Source: a virus (Duplodnaviria; Caudoviricetes). From it: 56,299 nucleotides of DNA. A program made the position numbers and the translations under genes. Location of the stretch: positions 1 through 56,299 of the IMG/VR virus record IMGVR_UViG_3300021368_000027. One strand, written 5' to 3'. How positions within the stretch are numbered: position 1 is the first letter of the stretch; each line of letters starts with the position of its first letter. Positions 22,667 through 33,396 of the stretch are shown one piece after another. The notes under the pieces were generated by a model. That model saw nothing but the letters and a program-made list of their open reading frames with translations, did no database searches and was not told the origin of the DNA.

Positions 22667-25600
22667 TATAGTTTACCTACTTCATCGTATATATCTTCCA
22701 GATAATCTATGTAGTCTAACACTACACCAAGCTCCCTGTGGTTAAGATCCTCTACAGCACCCTCTATGCCGAACTGTTCTTTAGCCATCTCCATAGCTTT
22801 TCTTCTTATAGACTTCTTCTTAGTTCCTTCTATCTTAGTTATCAACGCAAGCCTAGATGCCTCTGGCCCCATGTAACCTTCTCTCATGCGTTGACGTATA
22901 GCTGTCTTAACATTAGATACTTTCTCTCTTAGCATCTCTCTCTTGTCTGTCGAGTCTCCTCTAATGTAGGCTTTGTTCCTCATTAAAGATGTAACTTCTC
23001 TTTCAAGAATAGGAGCTAGGAAGCTATTAAATATTCTATCATACTCTGGTATCTTTGTTCTCTCTGAGGCAGTCCATTGAAACATATCACCCATAGAATA
23101 TGCTTTCTCTGTGGCTGTACGTCCTTGCTTCACAGTTAATCCAAACATTCTAGCCAAAGGATTAGGATCATATATCTGTCCTTCTCTCTGTCCTACTCTT
23201 AGTTCTTTACCTGTTAATGCTTCTGCTGGTGTGTCAGATACTTTATCAACAAAGGTTTCTAGTATGTTGTCTATATATTTAGTAGCCGACTGAGTAAAGA
23301 CATTCATACCTTCTGCTTGTCTTACATCTTTACCTGCATCATTCTGTGCAACAAAACCCCACAACTTATTCACAGCATCTACTGGTCTTGTCACACCTGC
23401 AACTACATTACCTGTTGCTCTAGTGAATGCGTCAATAGATCTACCACGCTGTCCTTCATCAAAGTTCATGATTGTATCTGCTGCAGCTAGTAAGTCATTA
23501 CCAAACTGTATGTCTCTAGACACCTGACCTATAGCAAGCTGTGTTAATACTTCTGTTGATATCTCTTTAGGTATCTCTTGACCTTGCCTTTTTAGATTAC
23601 CAGCACGTCCAACAGCTAGAAAGATAGATAGAGGGAATGTATTCTTAGCATCTATGATAGTACCAGCGCCAGCGTCTACTTCAAATATACCAAGACCTTT
23701 CTTCTGCCTTTCTTCATCATACTCCATAGCCATCTTGTAAGCAGCAGAACCTACCATAAATCTACCTATGGCTTCTTGTTCACTCATACTGATAGCTTCA
23801 CCTGTGCCACCTAAAAGCTTTTTCCTTTTTACAAAATCTTTAGCAATAGTCATTGATGCAAATGGTGACCACTGATATGCAGTAGCGACAACGTTGTTCA
23901 TGAACCTACCAAAAGGTATAATGAAACCTATGCCTGGAGTATTAGATGCATTCTCCACTAACTTAGCTACACCTTTCAATAGCTGATCATCTGTTGTGTA
24001 GTCTTTAGCGTACACAGACTTTAGCGTACCATCTAGTGCAGCTTGTATTACATCCTCTCCTATTTCTATACTGTCATCATTCAAAGCTTTTGCTAGTGTA
24101 GTATCTTTATTCATACGTAGATACTTATCCATCTCAGTCATAAACATCTGAGACTTAGTAAAGCTGTCTTGTACTTTTACGCCACTGATACGTGCAGATG
24201 CATTAGCTACAGCTTCTGTCCATTTGATTGCAGTACCATCTGGGTTTATACCAAACCTGTTAGCTGTAGATTCTACACCACCTGCGTAAGTTTCAAACAA
24301 TATCTTTTGTATGTCTTTGTTCTCTCCTAAGAACTTCATGTATGCATCGTGAGTAGTGTAAGGATCTAGAAGGTTACGCAACTTCTGTCCTTGTATCATA
24401 GTCAATGCTCTCATTTGTCTGAACGTTCTACTAGCTTCTTTAGGATTGATATACATTTGAGCTAAACCTTTAGCCCCAAGTAATCCAGAGTTAGCTAGAT
24501 CAGCCAATGTCTGACCCATGTAGAATTGACCAAAGCCGAATACGTTAACGGCTGTTGTTGAGGTAGATGATACAAGCATCCGTTTCCACACAGACTGTCC
24601 ATACCTTAGAGCCTCTGCTCTTTTTAGTTCTTGCCCTACTGCTTCTTTAGACTCAGCACTATTTAACGTAGCCTGTATAGCATCTTGTGACGCTACTATT
24701 GTTGTGTCTAGTGTTCTACGTAGCTGAGACATAACGTTCATTGTAGAAGCTGCATCACTAATCTTACCTGCAAGCAAGTCACTTGCTCTAGCTTGACTAC
24801 CTGCTAAGTCGCCAATGGTAAAACCTGCTATCTCTAATTTCTTGTTTATCTTCTCAATAGCTTCATCATCCATGTTACGTACAACATTTGTCATAACATC
24901 AGAGATCGTATCTTTTCTGGTAAACTTGATATTGTTCTCTTTAAATATCTTAGACAGACCACTAGTACCATCGTCACCAAATACAATACTGCGAACTAGA
25001 TTAGCTGGCATACGTTCTGCTGACATCAAAGAACCAGAAGCTACTTTGGTAATCCAGTCTTCAGACTTCTGTATAAATACTTCTTCTGCTTCTTTAGTTG
25101 CACCTTTGCTCAAGATAGGAGCAGCATCTTCTATTATTAGATTTGTAATATTTGATAGCTTATCATCTACATCTTCAGCTAAGTTAGAAGCACCACGAAA
25201 CTTACCAAAGCCTAGCTGTGCTGCACCTGCTACACCACCAAGCAAAGAGGAGAAGCCTGTCTGTAACAAACTATACTTCTCTTGTGATCCTGCTGTTAGT
25301 AAAGTATTCTGTGCCATGACATCATTCATTACAGCAAAGGTGGCATCTAATCCTGTTGTAGCATATAAAGATTTAGTAGCGTTGGTTTCGAATAGTTCTT
25401 TCTGCTTGGCGTTTGCAGCTTTCTTTGCCAAGGCTCTACGGTTTTCTTTTGCTACACGTTGAGCTACTTGTTCTGCTGCTTTATCTGCAGCCTTACTGCT
25501 TGCACCTCTGGCTATGGATTTCTTTGCAGCAATCTCTCCTGCTTTGATACCAGCTTGCTTGGCTGCTTCACGCCCTGCACCACCTAGTGCAGCTTCCTGT

Positions 25601-26133
25601 GCTGCTCTCTTTACTGCTTCTCTTACAGTCTTCTTACCTGTTACACTAACACCTGCTGCTGCTGCACGTCCTATACCACCAGTAGCTAGACCTATATAGT
25701 TTGTTGGATCTTTAGCTGCAGCAAAGACATAATCTTTTACACCATCTACAGCACCAAACACACCGTCATTTTGAAACACATTACCAAGGTTGTCATAGAT
25801 AGTGTACGCTTTTCTAGCATTATCTTTCTTTAAGTCATCAGCTTTACTAATAAACCTTGCCTCTGCAGCAGTAGAGAAAGTGTTTGCATTGAAGTATCTC
25901 ATGTGCTGTACGAAATCATCAACTACTGTTTCAGCATCTAGATCTGCGTAGTCTACACCCTTCCTGTCTATCATGTAGTCTCTGATAGAGTCTAGGTATT
26001 GCTGTTGTTTAAGATCGTCTTTACTTAAAGCATCACCTGAAAAGATAGGCTCTGCACTACGTGATCTAGTGTTTGAAGAAATCGCACTAGACCCCTCGTA
26101 GAAGTCTTTCATATATGCATCCCAGCTACTCAT
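22666..26133 (-). CDS. Large internal virion (ejection) protein, 1155 aa
   Basis: Size, Ala/Gly-rich helical composition, DPTNYIG-type motif, last gene of the structural arm. Confidence 0.7.
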   Translation of the reverse strand: MSSWDAYMKDFYEGSSAISSNTRSRSAEPIFSGDALSKDDLKQQQYLDSIRDYMIDRKGVDYADLDAETVVDDFVQHMRYFNANTFSTAAEARFISKADDLKKDNARKAYTIYDNLGNVFQNDGVFGAVDGVKDYVFAAAKDPTNYIGLATGGIGRAAAAGVSVTGKKTVREAVKRAAQEAALGGAGREAAKQAGIKAGEIAAKKSIARGASSKAADKAAEQVAQRVAKENRRALAKKAANAKQKELFETNATKSLYATTGLDATFAVMNDVMAQNTLLTAGSQEKYSLLQTGFSSLLGGVAGAAQLGFGKFRGASNLAEDVDDKLSNITNLIIEDAAPILSKGATKEAEEVFIQKSEDWITKVASGSLMSAERMPANLVRSIVFGDDGTSGLSKIFKENNIKFTRKDTISDVMTNVVRNMDDEAIEKINKKLEIAGFTIGDLAGSQARASDLLAGKISDAASTMNVMSQLRRTLDTTIVASQDAIQATLNSAESKEAVGQELKRAEALRYGQSVWKRMLVSSTSTTAVNVFGFGQFYMGQTLADLANSGLLGAKGLAQMYINPKEASRTFRQMRALTMIQGQKLRNLLDPYTTHDAYMKFLGENKDIQKILFETYAGGVESTANRFGINPDGTAIKWTEAVANASARISGVKVQDSFTKSQMFMTEMDKYLRMNKDTTLAKALNDDSIEIGEDVIQAALDGTLKSVYAKDYTTDDQLLKGVAKLVENASNTPGIGFIIPFGRFMNNVVATAYQWSPFASMTIAKDFVKRKKLLGGTGEAISMSEQEAIGRFMVGSAAYKMAMEYDEERQKKGLGIFEVDAGAGTIIDAKNTFPLSIFLAVGRAGNLKRQGQEIPKEISTEVLTQLAIGQVSRDIQFGNDLLAAADTIMNFDEGQRGRSIDAFTRATGNVVAGVTRPVDAVNKLWGFVAQNDAGKDVRQAEGMNVFTQSATKYIDNILETFVDKVSDTPAEALTGKELRVGQREGQIYDPNPLARMFGLTVKQGRTATEKAYSMGDMFQWTASERTKIPEYDRIFNSFLAPILEREVTSLMRNKAYIRGDSTDKREMLREKVSNVKTAIRQRMREGYMGPEASRLALITKIEGTKKKSIRRKAMEMAKEQFGIEGAVEDLNHRELGVVLDYIDYLEDIYDEVGKL

Positions 26134-27440
26134 TATTCACCTTTTAATTTTTTAGGGCTACCATCTGGATTATGTGTATCGCCAAACAACTCATCCCATT
26201 GGCCTGGTCTTAGGTATTTAGGCACAGGCATTTCACCTTTTAGTATTGCTTCTATATCATCACCTCCCATACCTTGTCCAAAGAATAAAGTAGAAAGTTC
26301 TCTTGTCGGTCTAGGAGGTACTCCCTTTACGACATTCCCCTCGTCATCACGGTAGTATACATTTTTTTCAATTCTTTCTTTTGTAAGTAGCGCTTCTTCT
26401 TCAACTGGTTCAAGGGGCGTTTCCTCTTCGGGGTCTTTCTTTTTAGTTTCTTTGGTAGTGTCTGGTTCAATGGTTTCCTCTTCTACTCTTTCTGGAAAAG
26501 TTTCTGCTAGTAATGAATTATAATAATCTAATCCTTCATTTGCTTCCGTTCCTGGTACGTCCATTGTCTTTATGATAATCTCTTTAGTTGTAGGATCATC
26601 AAAGAAACCCATTTGACCATAGTTACCAGCAGCTTTTCTGAATAGCATATCTGCTGTGTTCATTTGTATCTGCTTTCTAAGCTTGGTTGCTGCTTCTGGA
26701 TCAGTTATCCTTAGTGCTTTTATTTCATCTTCTCTTGCTTCTACTGCATTGACTATATTCTCTGTCAAGGTTGTAGCAAATTCATACTTGGCATCAGAAT
26801 CATATCTAGGTAGATCTGCAAAGTTCATCACTGCGTTGGGTACAAGTTCTTGAAACTCGCCTTGCTCTGCTAAAAAGTTTATGTCTGCTATTGACATATC
26901 TCCCATGAATGAATCTTGTTCTAGCTTTCTCTTTACTCTATCTTTAGCATCGAAACCAAACAAGCTTCTCATAGTACTAGAATCAGCAGGAGACTCATAA
27001 CTTCTTTCAGGCGCTACTGCTCCGTATGCTTTCTTGGCTAGGCTTTCTAGATCCATGCTAATTAAGTTAGGATCTACATTAACAGAAGTAGGCATAGATA
27101 TTCCTAGCTCTATATCTGCTTGACTAATCTTTTGCCCAGGCCGTAGCTTTTGTGAAGCGTGTATAGCCTGTAGTTTTTGTAGTAAGTTAACTACACCTGC
27201 AGTACCAGTAGACATAGCATTTATTACTTGCTCTTTACTAGCACCTAAAGCCATAGCCTGTTCTCCTATACGAGCAGCCTCTTGTGCTTTAGCAGTACGT
27301 TCTTGTACAAGGCTAAAGTTTCTTTGTGCTTTTGCTTCTTCTTTCTCAGCAAACTCCTTGGCTTCGTCTTCACGTTCTTCTATGCCCTCAGATAGTTCTG
27401 ATAAAAAGCTACCAGCAAATGTTTTCCAATTAAATGCCAT
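26133..27440 (-). CDS. Putative internal virion protein
   Basis: 435 aa, amphipathic N-terminus MAFNWKTFAGSFL then coiled coil; position. Confidence 0.6.
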   Translation of the reverse strand: MAFNWKTFAGSFLSELSEGIEEREDEAKEFAEKEEAKAQRNFSLVQERTAKAQEAARIGEQAMALGASKEQVINAMSTGTAGVVNLLQKLQAIHASQKLRPGQKISQADIELGISMPTSVNVDPNLISMDLESLAKKAYGAVAPERSYESPADSSTMRSLFGFDAKDRVKRKLEQDSFMGDMSIADINFLAEQGEFQELVPNAVMNFADLPRYDSDAKYEFATTLTENIVNAVEAREDEIKALRITDPEAATKLRKQIQMNTADMLFRKAAGNYGQMGFFDDPTTKEIIIKTMDVPGTEANEGLDYYNSLLAETFPERVEEETIEPDTTKETKKKDPEEETPLEPVEEEALLTKERIEKNVYYRDDEGNVVKGVPPRPTRELSTLFFGQGMGGDDIEAILKGEMPVPKYLRPGQWDELFGDTHNPDGSPKKLKGE

Positions 27441-27444
27441 CTTA

Positions 27445-27972
27445 TTAACCCTTCGCCATTAAGCCTTGTGGCTTTTCTTCTGGTGTTACTTCTTCCTCTG
27501 GCTCCTCGCCCTCAACTATCTCTGATAGTAACTGCTTTCCTGGATCTCCCTTATCGTCAGGATTCTCATTAAGATACTTAGCAGCCATCAATCTAAATCT
27601 TGCTAACTCCCTGTCTTCTGACTCTTTCTGATAGTCACGCCCATCATCATCTACAGTAACACCTTGAGCTTCTATAGCTTGCTTCAAGAACTGGTGTATG
27701 ATAGGGCTGACATTCATACTTACATCTACTGTATGCAAACCACGCATCACACCTGATGTAGTTATACTTTCTACTACAGGCTTGAGAGGTACACCTACTT
27801 GCATCAACACAGCTAGATCGTCTATCACATCTTGGTTAGCTAGTCTGTTAATGTAGTACTTCGTAACCTCTTCTAGGTCTGCCATTTGTGGTGGGTTTTC
27901 CCAAGGGTTATTACGAGGTTCGTCTGTTAGAGACTGACCTGGGATAGGTCTATCGAAGGGGGATATAGCCAT
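27445..27972 (-). CDS. Conserved hypothetical structural-module protein
   Basis: PIPGQSLT.EP...PWENPP motif; ends GLMAKG. Confidence 0.7.
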   Translation of the reverse strand: MAISPFDRPIPGQSLTDEPRNNPWENPPQMADLEEVTKYYINRLANQDVIDDLAVLMQVGVPLKPVVESITTSGVMRGLHTVDVSMNVSPIIHQFLKQAIEAQGVTVDDDGRDYQKESEDRELARFRLMAAKYLNENPDDKGDPGKQLLSEIVEGEEPEEEVTPEEKPQGLMAKG

Positions 27973-27981
27973 AATGTTTTC

Positions 27982-28428
27982 CTACTTAGTAAATCCTGCA
28001 CCAAAGTATAAGCCTACGATAGCTGATACAATGTGTGTATCTAGTGGTGTTATTACAAATCCTTGTGCATACTTCCACTTAATTACTTCTTCGCCTGGTC
28101 CGAAGATAAAGTCAAGGAAGCCTACCTGTATCTCAGTGTAGCCTACGTACACACCTACTTCTGGGTAGAACACAGCAACCAACTTTGGCAACACTATTAT
28201 AGCAAATACTGCAGATAATGCAATAAGTCTTCTTGTCCATGCAAAGTGTTTGTCGTTCTTTCCAGCGTTACGTGCTTCTGCTGCAAAGCTTGCATTAGCG
28301 TTGGCACGTTCCATGAGCATCTTGTTCTGCTCTTGTTTCATCTTCATGCTCTGCCCCCATATGGACATCACTCCACCTAGTACGGTAGAGCCAAGCATGG
28401 TTATTAATTCTAGTGGTAATCCAAACAT
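27982..28428 (-). CDS. Membrane protein, holin-like
   Basis: Three hydrophobic segments (TM, WTRRLIAL-TM, IVGLYFG); adjacent to the lysozyme gene. Confidence 0.6.
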   Translation of the reverse strand: MFGLPLELITMLGSTVLGGVMSIWGQSMKMKQEQNKMLMERANANASFAAEARNAGKNDKHFAWTRRLIALSAVFAIIVLPKLVAVFYPEVGVYVGYTEIQVGFLDFIFGPGEEVIKWKYAQGFVITPLDTHIVSAIVGLYFGAGFTK

Positions 28429-29877
28429 TTAATTAGGTACTCCTGATCCCATATTTGCTTTTGGTAAGACTGATTGTACCTCGCTCCTATTTGTAATGAT
28501 ACCTGCATAGTATAGCTCTTTCATTACCCTATTATCCATACCTTTCGTATACTCTCCTGCAGATTTTCTTCTTAACTCTTTTGCAAAAGCTACAGGATCT
28601 TCAGCTATAGCAGCATCTAAAACCTTAGTCCAATCATCTCCTGCCTTTGCACCTCCTACATTCATAGCCAAAGACGTTAAAGCATTTTTATATTTCTTAT
28701 CTAATAGATCCCAAGAAGATCCTTTGTCTTTTAGCTTTTTGTTCCAGCCATTATCAAGAGCTAGTTTTGTATTCTTTTCAAAGTCTTTTCTAAGTATAGT
28801 TAGTTTTTGTGCATCAGTTAAAGGTATGTATGATCCATCTTCGTTCTTATATTTAATTCCATATATTTCTCCAGATGTATCTTCCTCACCGCCTCTTATA
28901 ATCTTATGTCCGTAACCTATATCTAGTGACTTTTCACTGTCAGGCTTACCTGCTTCTGCTGCATCCTTTGTAAATACTGGGGTGCTGCCATGATCACCTT
29001 CGCCAAACTTTCCTATACTTTTTTGAAAATCTGTCAAAGGATCTGTCAATTTAGGCATAAGTGCGTTAGCTAGAGGATAAGCACCAGCAACTTCAACGCC
29101 CTCACCTTCTTTGTCTCTATCAAAACCTCCACGTAATGCTGCTTGTGTGGCAGACAAAGGTAACTGTATAGTATCACCAGCATCTATAACATCTGCTTCT
29201 TCTATCTCAGCGTTAAGATCCATTATAGCTTTTACAGTAGTATTATTATCTTTAGCAATCTCAGATAGAGTATCTCCATCCTTTATTCTATAAGATTTTG
29301 TAGGAGTAGCATTGCCAAGAGCTAGTCCTCTAGGTATTCCTGTTAGCGCTTCTGGTGTAGAAGGTTGATCCATTGTAGGAGGAGCCATTAATCCTCTGCG
29401 TGGATCATTCATATCAGGGTCTTGTGTTTGAGTAACCTGTGGTGCTGCATCCCTAGTATCGTCATACCCACCAAACTTAAAAGGATTTACATTGAACTGA
29501 TCAAACGGATCTACTATTCCTTGCTCTGTAACTTCAGGTACAGTAGGTATCTTAAACATAGGACTTTCATAGACAGGCATAGCATAAAAATCTTTTTCTG
29601 GTTCTGTTACATCAGCACCAGCACCTACAAAAAAGTCATACACCTTTTCAGTAAATGTTTTTTCTTTCTTGTCTTCCTTTTCAGTACGAGAACCCAATCC
29701 TGGCAAGGGGCTGCTTGTTATTACTTGAGGTACTTCATCGTATGTGCTACCCCTATTATTATTAGGAGTACCAGCGCCAACAGACAGTCCTTGCTGTTTA
29801 CTTGTCTGTGTTCCTGCTGCTCTGCTAAAGGATAGCTCTTGAGCTTTGAATGTTTGTCGAGGATCGTATGTTGCCAT
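28429..29877 (-). CDS. LysM + lysozyme-like peptidoglycan hydrolase
   Basis: LysM YRIKDGDTLSEIAKDNNTTVKAIMDLN...IDAGDTIQLP; lysozyme-like EG...DIGYGHK, LTSLAMNVG, MDNRV; start re-assigned to ATG 29877 (MATYDPRQ). Confidence 0.82.
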   Translation of the reverse strand: MATYDPRQTFKAQELSFSRAAGTQTSKQQGLSVGAGTPNNNRGSTYDEVPQVITSSPLPGLGSRTEKEDKKEKTFTEKVYDFFVGAGADVTEPEKDFYAMPVYESPMFKIPTVPEVTEQGIVDPFDQFNVNPFKFGGYDDTRDAAPQVTQTQDPDMNDPRRGLMAPPTMDQPSTPEALTGIPRGLALGNATPTKSYRIKDGDTLSEIAKDNNTTVKAIMDLNAEIEEADVIDAGDTIQLPLSATQAALRGGFDRDKEGEGVEVAGAYPLANALMPKLTDPLTDFQKSIGKFGEGDHGSTPVFTKDAAEAGKPDSEKSLDIGYGHKIIRGGEEDTSGEIYGIKYKNEDGSYIPLTDAQKLTILRKDFEKNTKLALDNGWNKKLKDKGSSWDLLDKKYKNALTSLAMNVGGAKAGDDWTKVLDAAIAEDPVAFAKELRRKSAGEYTKGMDNRVMKELYYAGIITNRSEVQSVLPKANMGSGVPN

Positions 29878-29890
29878 TGTTATACCTATA

Positions 29891-32038
29891 CTAGAAGAAT
29901 ATTGTTTCCATTGCTTTGTCGGTGAGCTTACCAACAAAACTACCAAGACCAGCTTCAAATACATCTTGACCTTTTCCATCTGAACTAATTTTGGCTGTAG
30001 CTATTGCGTTATCTCTGTCTAATGCACTCTCTGCAGAACGCCATGCCCAACCCATTATGTCTCTTTCTTGTTGTAGAACAGCATCATACGCTGCTCTTGT
30101 CAAGTTGTTAGCTGTCATAGCTGCATCTCTATTAGCTTGGTTCTGTGCTGCATTCTCTGCAGTAGTTATAGATTGCGCCCACTGAGCGTTAGCCTGTGCC
30201 ACAACCAAATGATTGTTTGCGTTGAACTGATCACGCTGGTTTTGTAAGCCTGTGTTGTATTGAGATAAAGCATTAGCTTCCCCTGCATTGAAACGTGCCA
30301 TACCATTAGCTTGCTCAGTGTTGAACTGTTCTACCTGAGTAGATAGGCTTGCAAAGAATTGATCTGTCTGCATTTGGGAAGTAGCATTGAACTGTTTAGC
30401 TGCATTGTCAGCAGCAGTATCAGTGAACAAAGAGTTTACTACGGCTTGATGTTTAAATGTTGTAGTAGCTTGCTCGTTACTTAGGTTTGCCATATCCATG
30501 TCTAAGAAAGCTTTTGCATTCTGTACTTGTGCTTGCTGTCTATTGTTTAGATTAGCCATATCCATCTGTGACAACGTAGCAGCATCAGCCATAACTTTAG
30601 CTTGCCTGTTAGATAAGTTAGCTAAGTCTACAGTTTGTGCCATCTTAGCATTTTCTAAAGCTACCTGTTGGTCTGCACTAAAGTTTATGTTAGCTATCTC
30701 AGATATACGTGCAGCATTCTTTACTTTAGCTTGGAAGTTCTGATCAAACTCCATACCCATAAACTTAGCACGTTGCTCTGCTTTAGCCATAGCCATTTGT
30801 TGCTTGTTGGCTGCGTCCATCTGTGCAATAGGTAGCGCTGATTCCATAGCAGCCTGTACTACAGCCATACCTGCCATGCTTGATGAAGATAAACCACGTG
30901 CAGCCATTGCTGCGTTAGCTGCCCTCATAGCTCCTGCAGCCCAAGGAGGTGTGTTCCCACCTTCAAAGTCCTGCATAAGATCACCAAGTTCATCTTGTAC
31001 AGATGCTGCTTGGGATAGGGCTAGTGTTTCTTCTACTTGTTTCTGATCTACAGAGCTACCATCAACAAGCTGATCCTGTGTTACTCTTAGATCGTCAGGG
31101 GCATCTACTGTTTGTGCCTGTCCTAATTGTGCTGCCTCTAATCCTAAAGAAGAAGCTTTCATGGGATCTATTTGAGCAGCTTCTACTTGAGCCTGTTGGC
31201 TTACCTCTCCTTGTGCTGCTTGCATTCCACTAGTAGCATCCCTTACTGCACCAGCAGTTTTACTAGCATCCATTGTTTGAGCTTGTATTGAATCAGGAGC
31301 ATTTGCTTGCTGTGCATCTGCCATAGTTTGCGTTGCTTGGTGTGTATTGCCTAGCTGCCCTGTTCCTTCTGCTATCTCTGTACCCTCACCCTGATCAGCT
31401 ACTACTTTTGCAGTAGTTACCATTGCAGTCGGATCTGTTTGTATTTGTTTAGTAGACTGACTTCCTGTTAAGGGTGCATTAGGATCTCTTTCATACGTAT
31501 TGCTCATATCGTTATTCTCTGTAGTTGTTGTATCCGTTGCAGTTGTGTTTGTAGTAGTATTAGTTGCTGGTTGAGTATTGGCAGCAGGTTTGTTATCATC
31601 TTGTGTTCCTATGCTTTTACTAAATTCACGTATACCTGCTTGGTGCTGTCCTGCAGTAATTCCTGCACCTGGATCTACTCCCCTGTCTATATTGTCTTGT
31701 CTGTTTTTATCTCTTTCATCATGCATCTTTTGTATAGGGTTGCGTGTATCTACTACGGTACGCTTGATACCCATATCTTCAGGCGTAGTTCCTCCATCAA
31801 AACCTGTGCGTTTTTTACCTTTATTTGTGTATCCTCCTGGGGCGAAGCCTCTCATGGGCTTACCTTCTACCATCTGCATTGCTGTCATGGTATACTTACC
31901 CATCTTAGCTGCAGCAGCAGGGTTAGCAGCTAAAAACATATTTATAGATTTTTCATCAGTAGGTCCATTATAGCCCAGCGCTGGTAGTATCTTTTTTGTT
32001 AGTGTCTCAGGCTTAAACCCTGCAAATTTATTAGCCAT
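29891..32038 (-). CDS. Putative internal virion protein with A/Q/N-rich helical repeats
   Basis: 715 aa; repeats such as ANLSNRQ/ANLNNRQQ/ANLSNEQ and QFN; GFAPGG near N-terminus. Confidence 0.7.
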   Translation of the reverse strand: MANKFAGFKPETLTKKILPALGYNGPTDEKSINMFLAANPAAAAKMGKYTMTAMQMVEGKPMRGFAPGGYTNKGKKRTGFDGGTTPEDMGIKRTVVDTRNPIQKMHDERDKNRQDNIDRGVDPGAGITAGQHQAGIREFSKSIGTQDDNKPAANTQPATNTTTNTTATDTTTTENNDMSNTYERDPNAPLTGSQSTKQIQTDPTAMVTTAKVVADQGEGTEIAEGTGQLGNTHQATQTMADAQQANAPDSIQAQTMDASKTAGAVRDATSGMQAAQGEVSQQAQVEAAQIDPMKASSLGLEAAQLGQAQTVDAPDDLRVTQDQLVDGSSVDQKQVEETLALSQAASVQDELGDLMQDFEGGNTPPWAAGAMRAANAAMAARGLSSSSMAGMAVVQAAMESALPIAQMDAANKQQMAMAKAEQRAKFMGMEFDQNFQAKVKNAARISEIANINFSADQQVALENAKMAQTVDLANLSNRQAKVMADAATLSQMDMANLNNRQQAQVQNAKAFLDMDMANLSNEQATTTFKHQAVVNSLFTDTAADNAAKQFNATSQMQTDQFFASLSTQVEQFNTEQANGMARFNAGEANALSQYNTGLQNQRDQFNANNHLVVAQANAQWAQSITTAENAAQNQANRDAAMTANNLTRAAYDAVLQQERDIMGWAWRSAESALDRDNAIATAKISSDGKGQDVFEAGLGSFVGKLTDKAMETIFF

Positions 32039-32041
32039 TTC

Positions 32042-32281
32042 TTATTTCCCTATTTGCATCCACAATGATGCTGCAATGAATGTTATTACTGCTACGGTTG
32101 ACATCTTTACTATGGTAGACCATACACCTCTGCGTGTGTCACGCCATGTTTCTAATAAGTTACGCATCTCAATTATATCTTTACGTGCATCATCATCGTG
32201 TAATCCCACTTCACGCAATGCTGCTGCTGCTCCACGCTTGGCTGCACGATCTAACATATCTTCTAATTCTTCAGGTGTCAT
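32042..32281 (-). CDS. DUF6127-like membrane protein
   Basis: LDRAAKRGAAAALREVGL.D..A..DI.EMR.LL..WR followed by C-terminal TM helix. Confidence 0.75.
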   Translation of the reverse strand: MTPEELEDMLDRAAKRGAAAALREVGLHDDDARKDIIEMRNLLETWRDTRRGVWSTIVKMSTVAVITFIAASLWMQIGK

Positions 32282-33381
32282 TACGTTGTAGCTCCGTAGA
32301 TTGTTCCGCTATTTGTTAGAGTATAAGTGTTGCCAGTATCTTCTACAGCTTTACCTGCTGCACCACCTGCGCCATTAGTGCCGCCACCACCATTAGCACC
32401 AGCAGCACCCCAGCCACCGCCACCGCCGCCATGAACGCCACCAAAACCACCGTTAGTGCCTCCACTTCCTGCATTATTGCCGCCACCACCTGCGCCACCT
32501 ACTAGAGTAGAACCGCTTCCACCATCTATAGCACCACTACCGCCTGTGCCTGTAAGTATACGGCCTCCACCACCGCCGCCTCCAGCACGTCCAAAGCTTG
32601 CATTGGCTGAAACAGAAAAACCGCCGCCGCCTCCAGTACCTCCACCTGTTGCTGCTGTACCTCCTGATACACCACCACTACCGCCAGAAGCATTTAGTAT
32701 TCCACCAGTACCACCTGCAAGAAACAGATCATTGTTCTTTCTATAACTGGATTTACCTGCGCCGCCACCTGAACCACCGCCACCACCAGCTTTGGTGTAA
32801 TAGTCGCTGTCACTATGTAAGGGGCCAGTAGAAGCACCGCCTCCACCGCCTCCACCACCAGCTATGTATGCGCCAGAGTTATTCTGAATAGTAACATTAG
32901 AAACATTTAAATTAATCTTGATAGCATTGCCACCTGCTCCACCTACATTTTGTGCTGCTGTTGGGGCTGTTATGCTTACGTTGGTAGTACCTCCACCGCC
33001 GCCACCTTTACCTATAATTTTACCATTGTTTATAATAGTACAAGGAATATCTATTGTTAGTGCTGCAGTTGAAGTGCTATCTGACCATATCCACATAGAA
33101 GACGGTATAGTAAGTGTGCCACCAGAGTTTATATAATTTGAAACTGTTATCTCTTGCAACTGGCTTTGTCCATTTATGTTTGTGCCACTGTCAGGTACAG
33201 GTAAGTCAACGTTAGCTGATGCACCAAAGTATTCGCTAAAGGCGTTGGATGCTCCATCAGCTTTACCTATTAAGCCTCTGATATCAGAATCATTTATAGT
33301 GACAGATGTTTCTGTAGTGCCACCTACCTCTACATGCATTTGATTTAAACTTATAGGGTTGCCACTACTTGGTAAAGGCAT
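32281..33381 (-). CDS. Glycine-rich tail-fibre adhesin (T-even gp38-like), paralog 2
   Basis: MPLPSSGNPISLNQMHVEVGG N-domain, IINNGKIIGKGG, IAGGGGGGG, GGGGGWGAAG, C-terminal GTIYG. Confidence 0.75.
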   Translation of the reverse strand: MPLPSSGNPISLNQMHVEVGGTTETSVTINDSDIRGLIGKADGASNAFSEYFGASANVDLPVPDSGTNINGQSQLQEITVSNYINSGGTLTIPSSMWIWSDSTSTAALTIDIPCTIINNGKIIGKGGGGGGTTNVSITAPTAAQNVGGAGGNAIKINLNVSNVTIQNNSGAYIAGGGGGGGGASTGPLHSDSDYYTKAGGGGGSGGGAGKSSYRKNNDLFLAGGTGGILNASGGSGGVSGGTAATGGGTGGGGGFSVSANASFGRAGGGGGGGRILTGTGGSGAIDGGSGSTLVGGAGGGGNNAGSGGTNGGFGGVHGGGGGGWGAAGANGGGGTNGAGGAAGKAVEDTGNTYTLTNSGTIYGATT

Positions 33382-33396
33382 TATACTGTGACTCCA

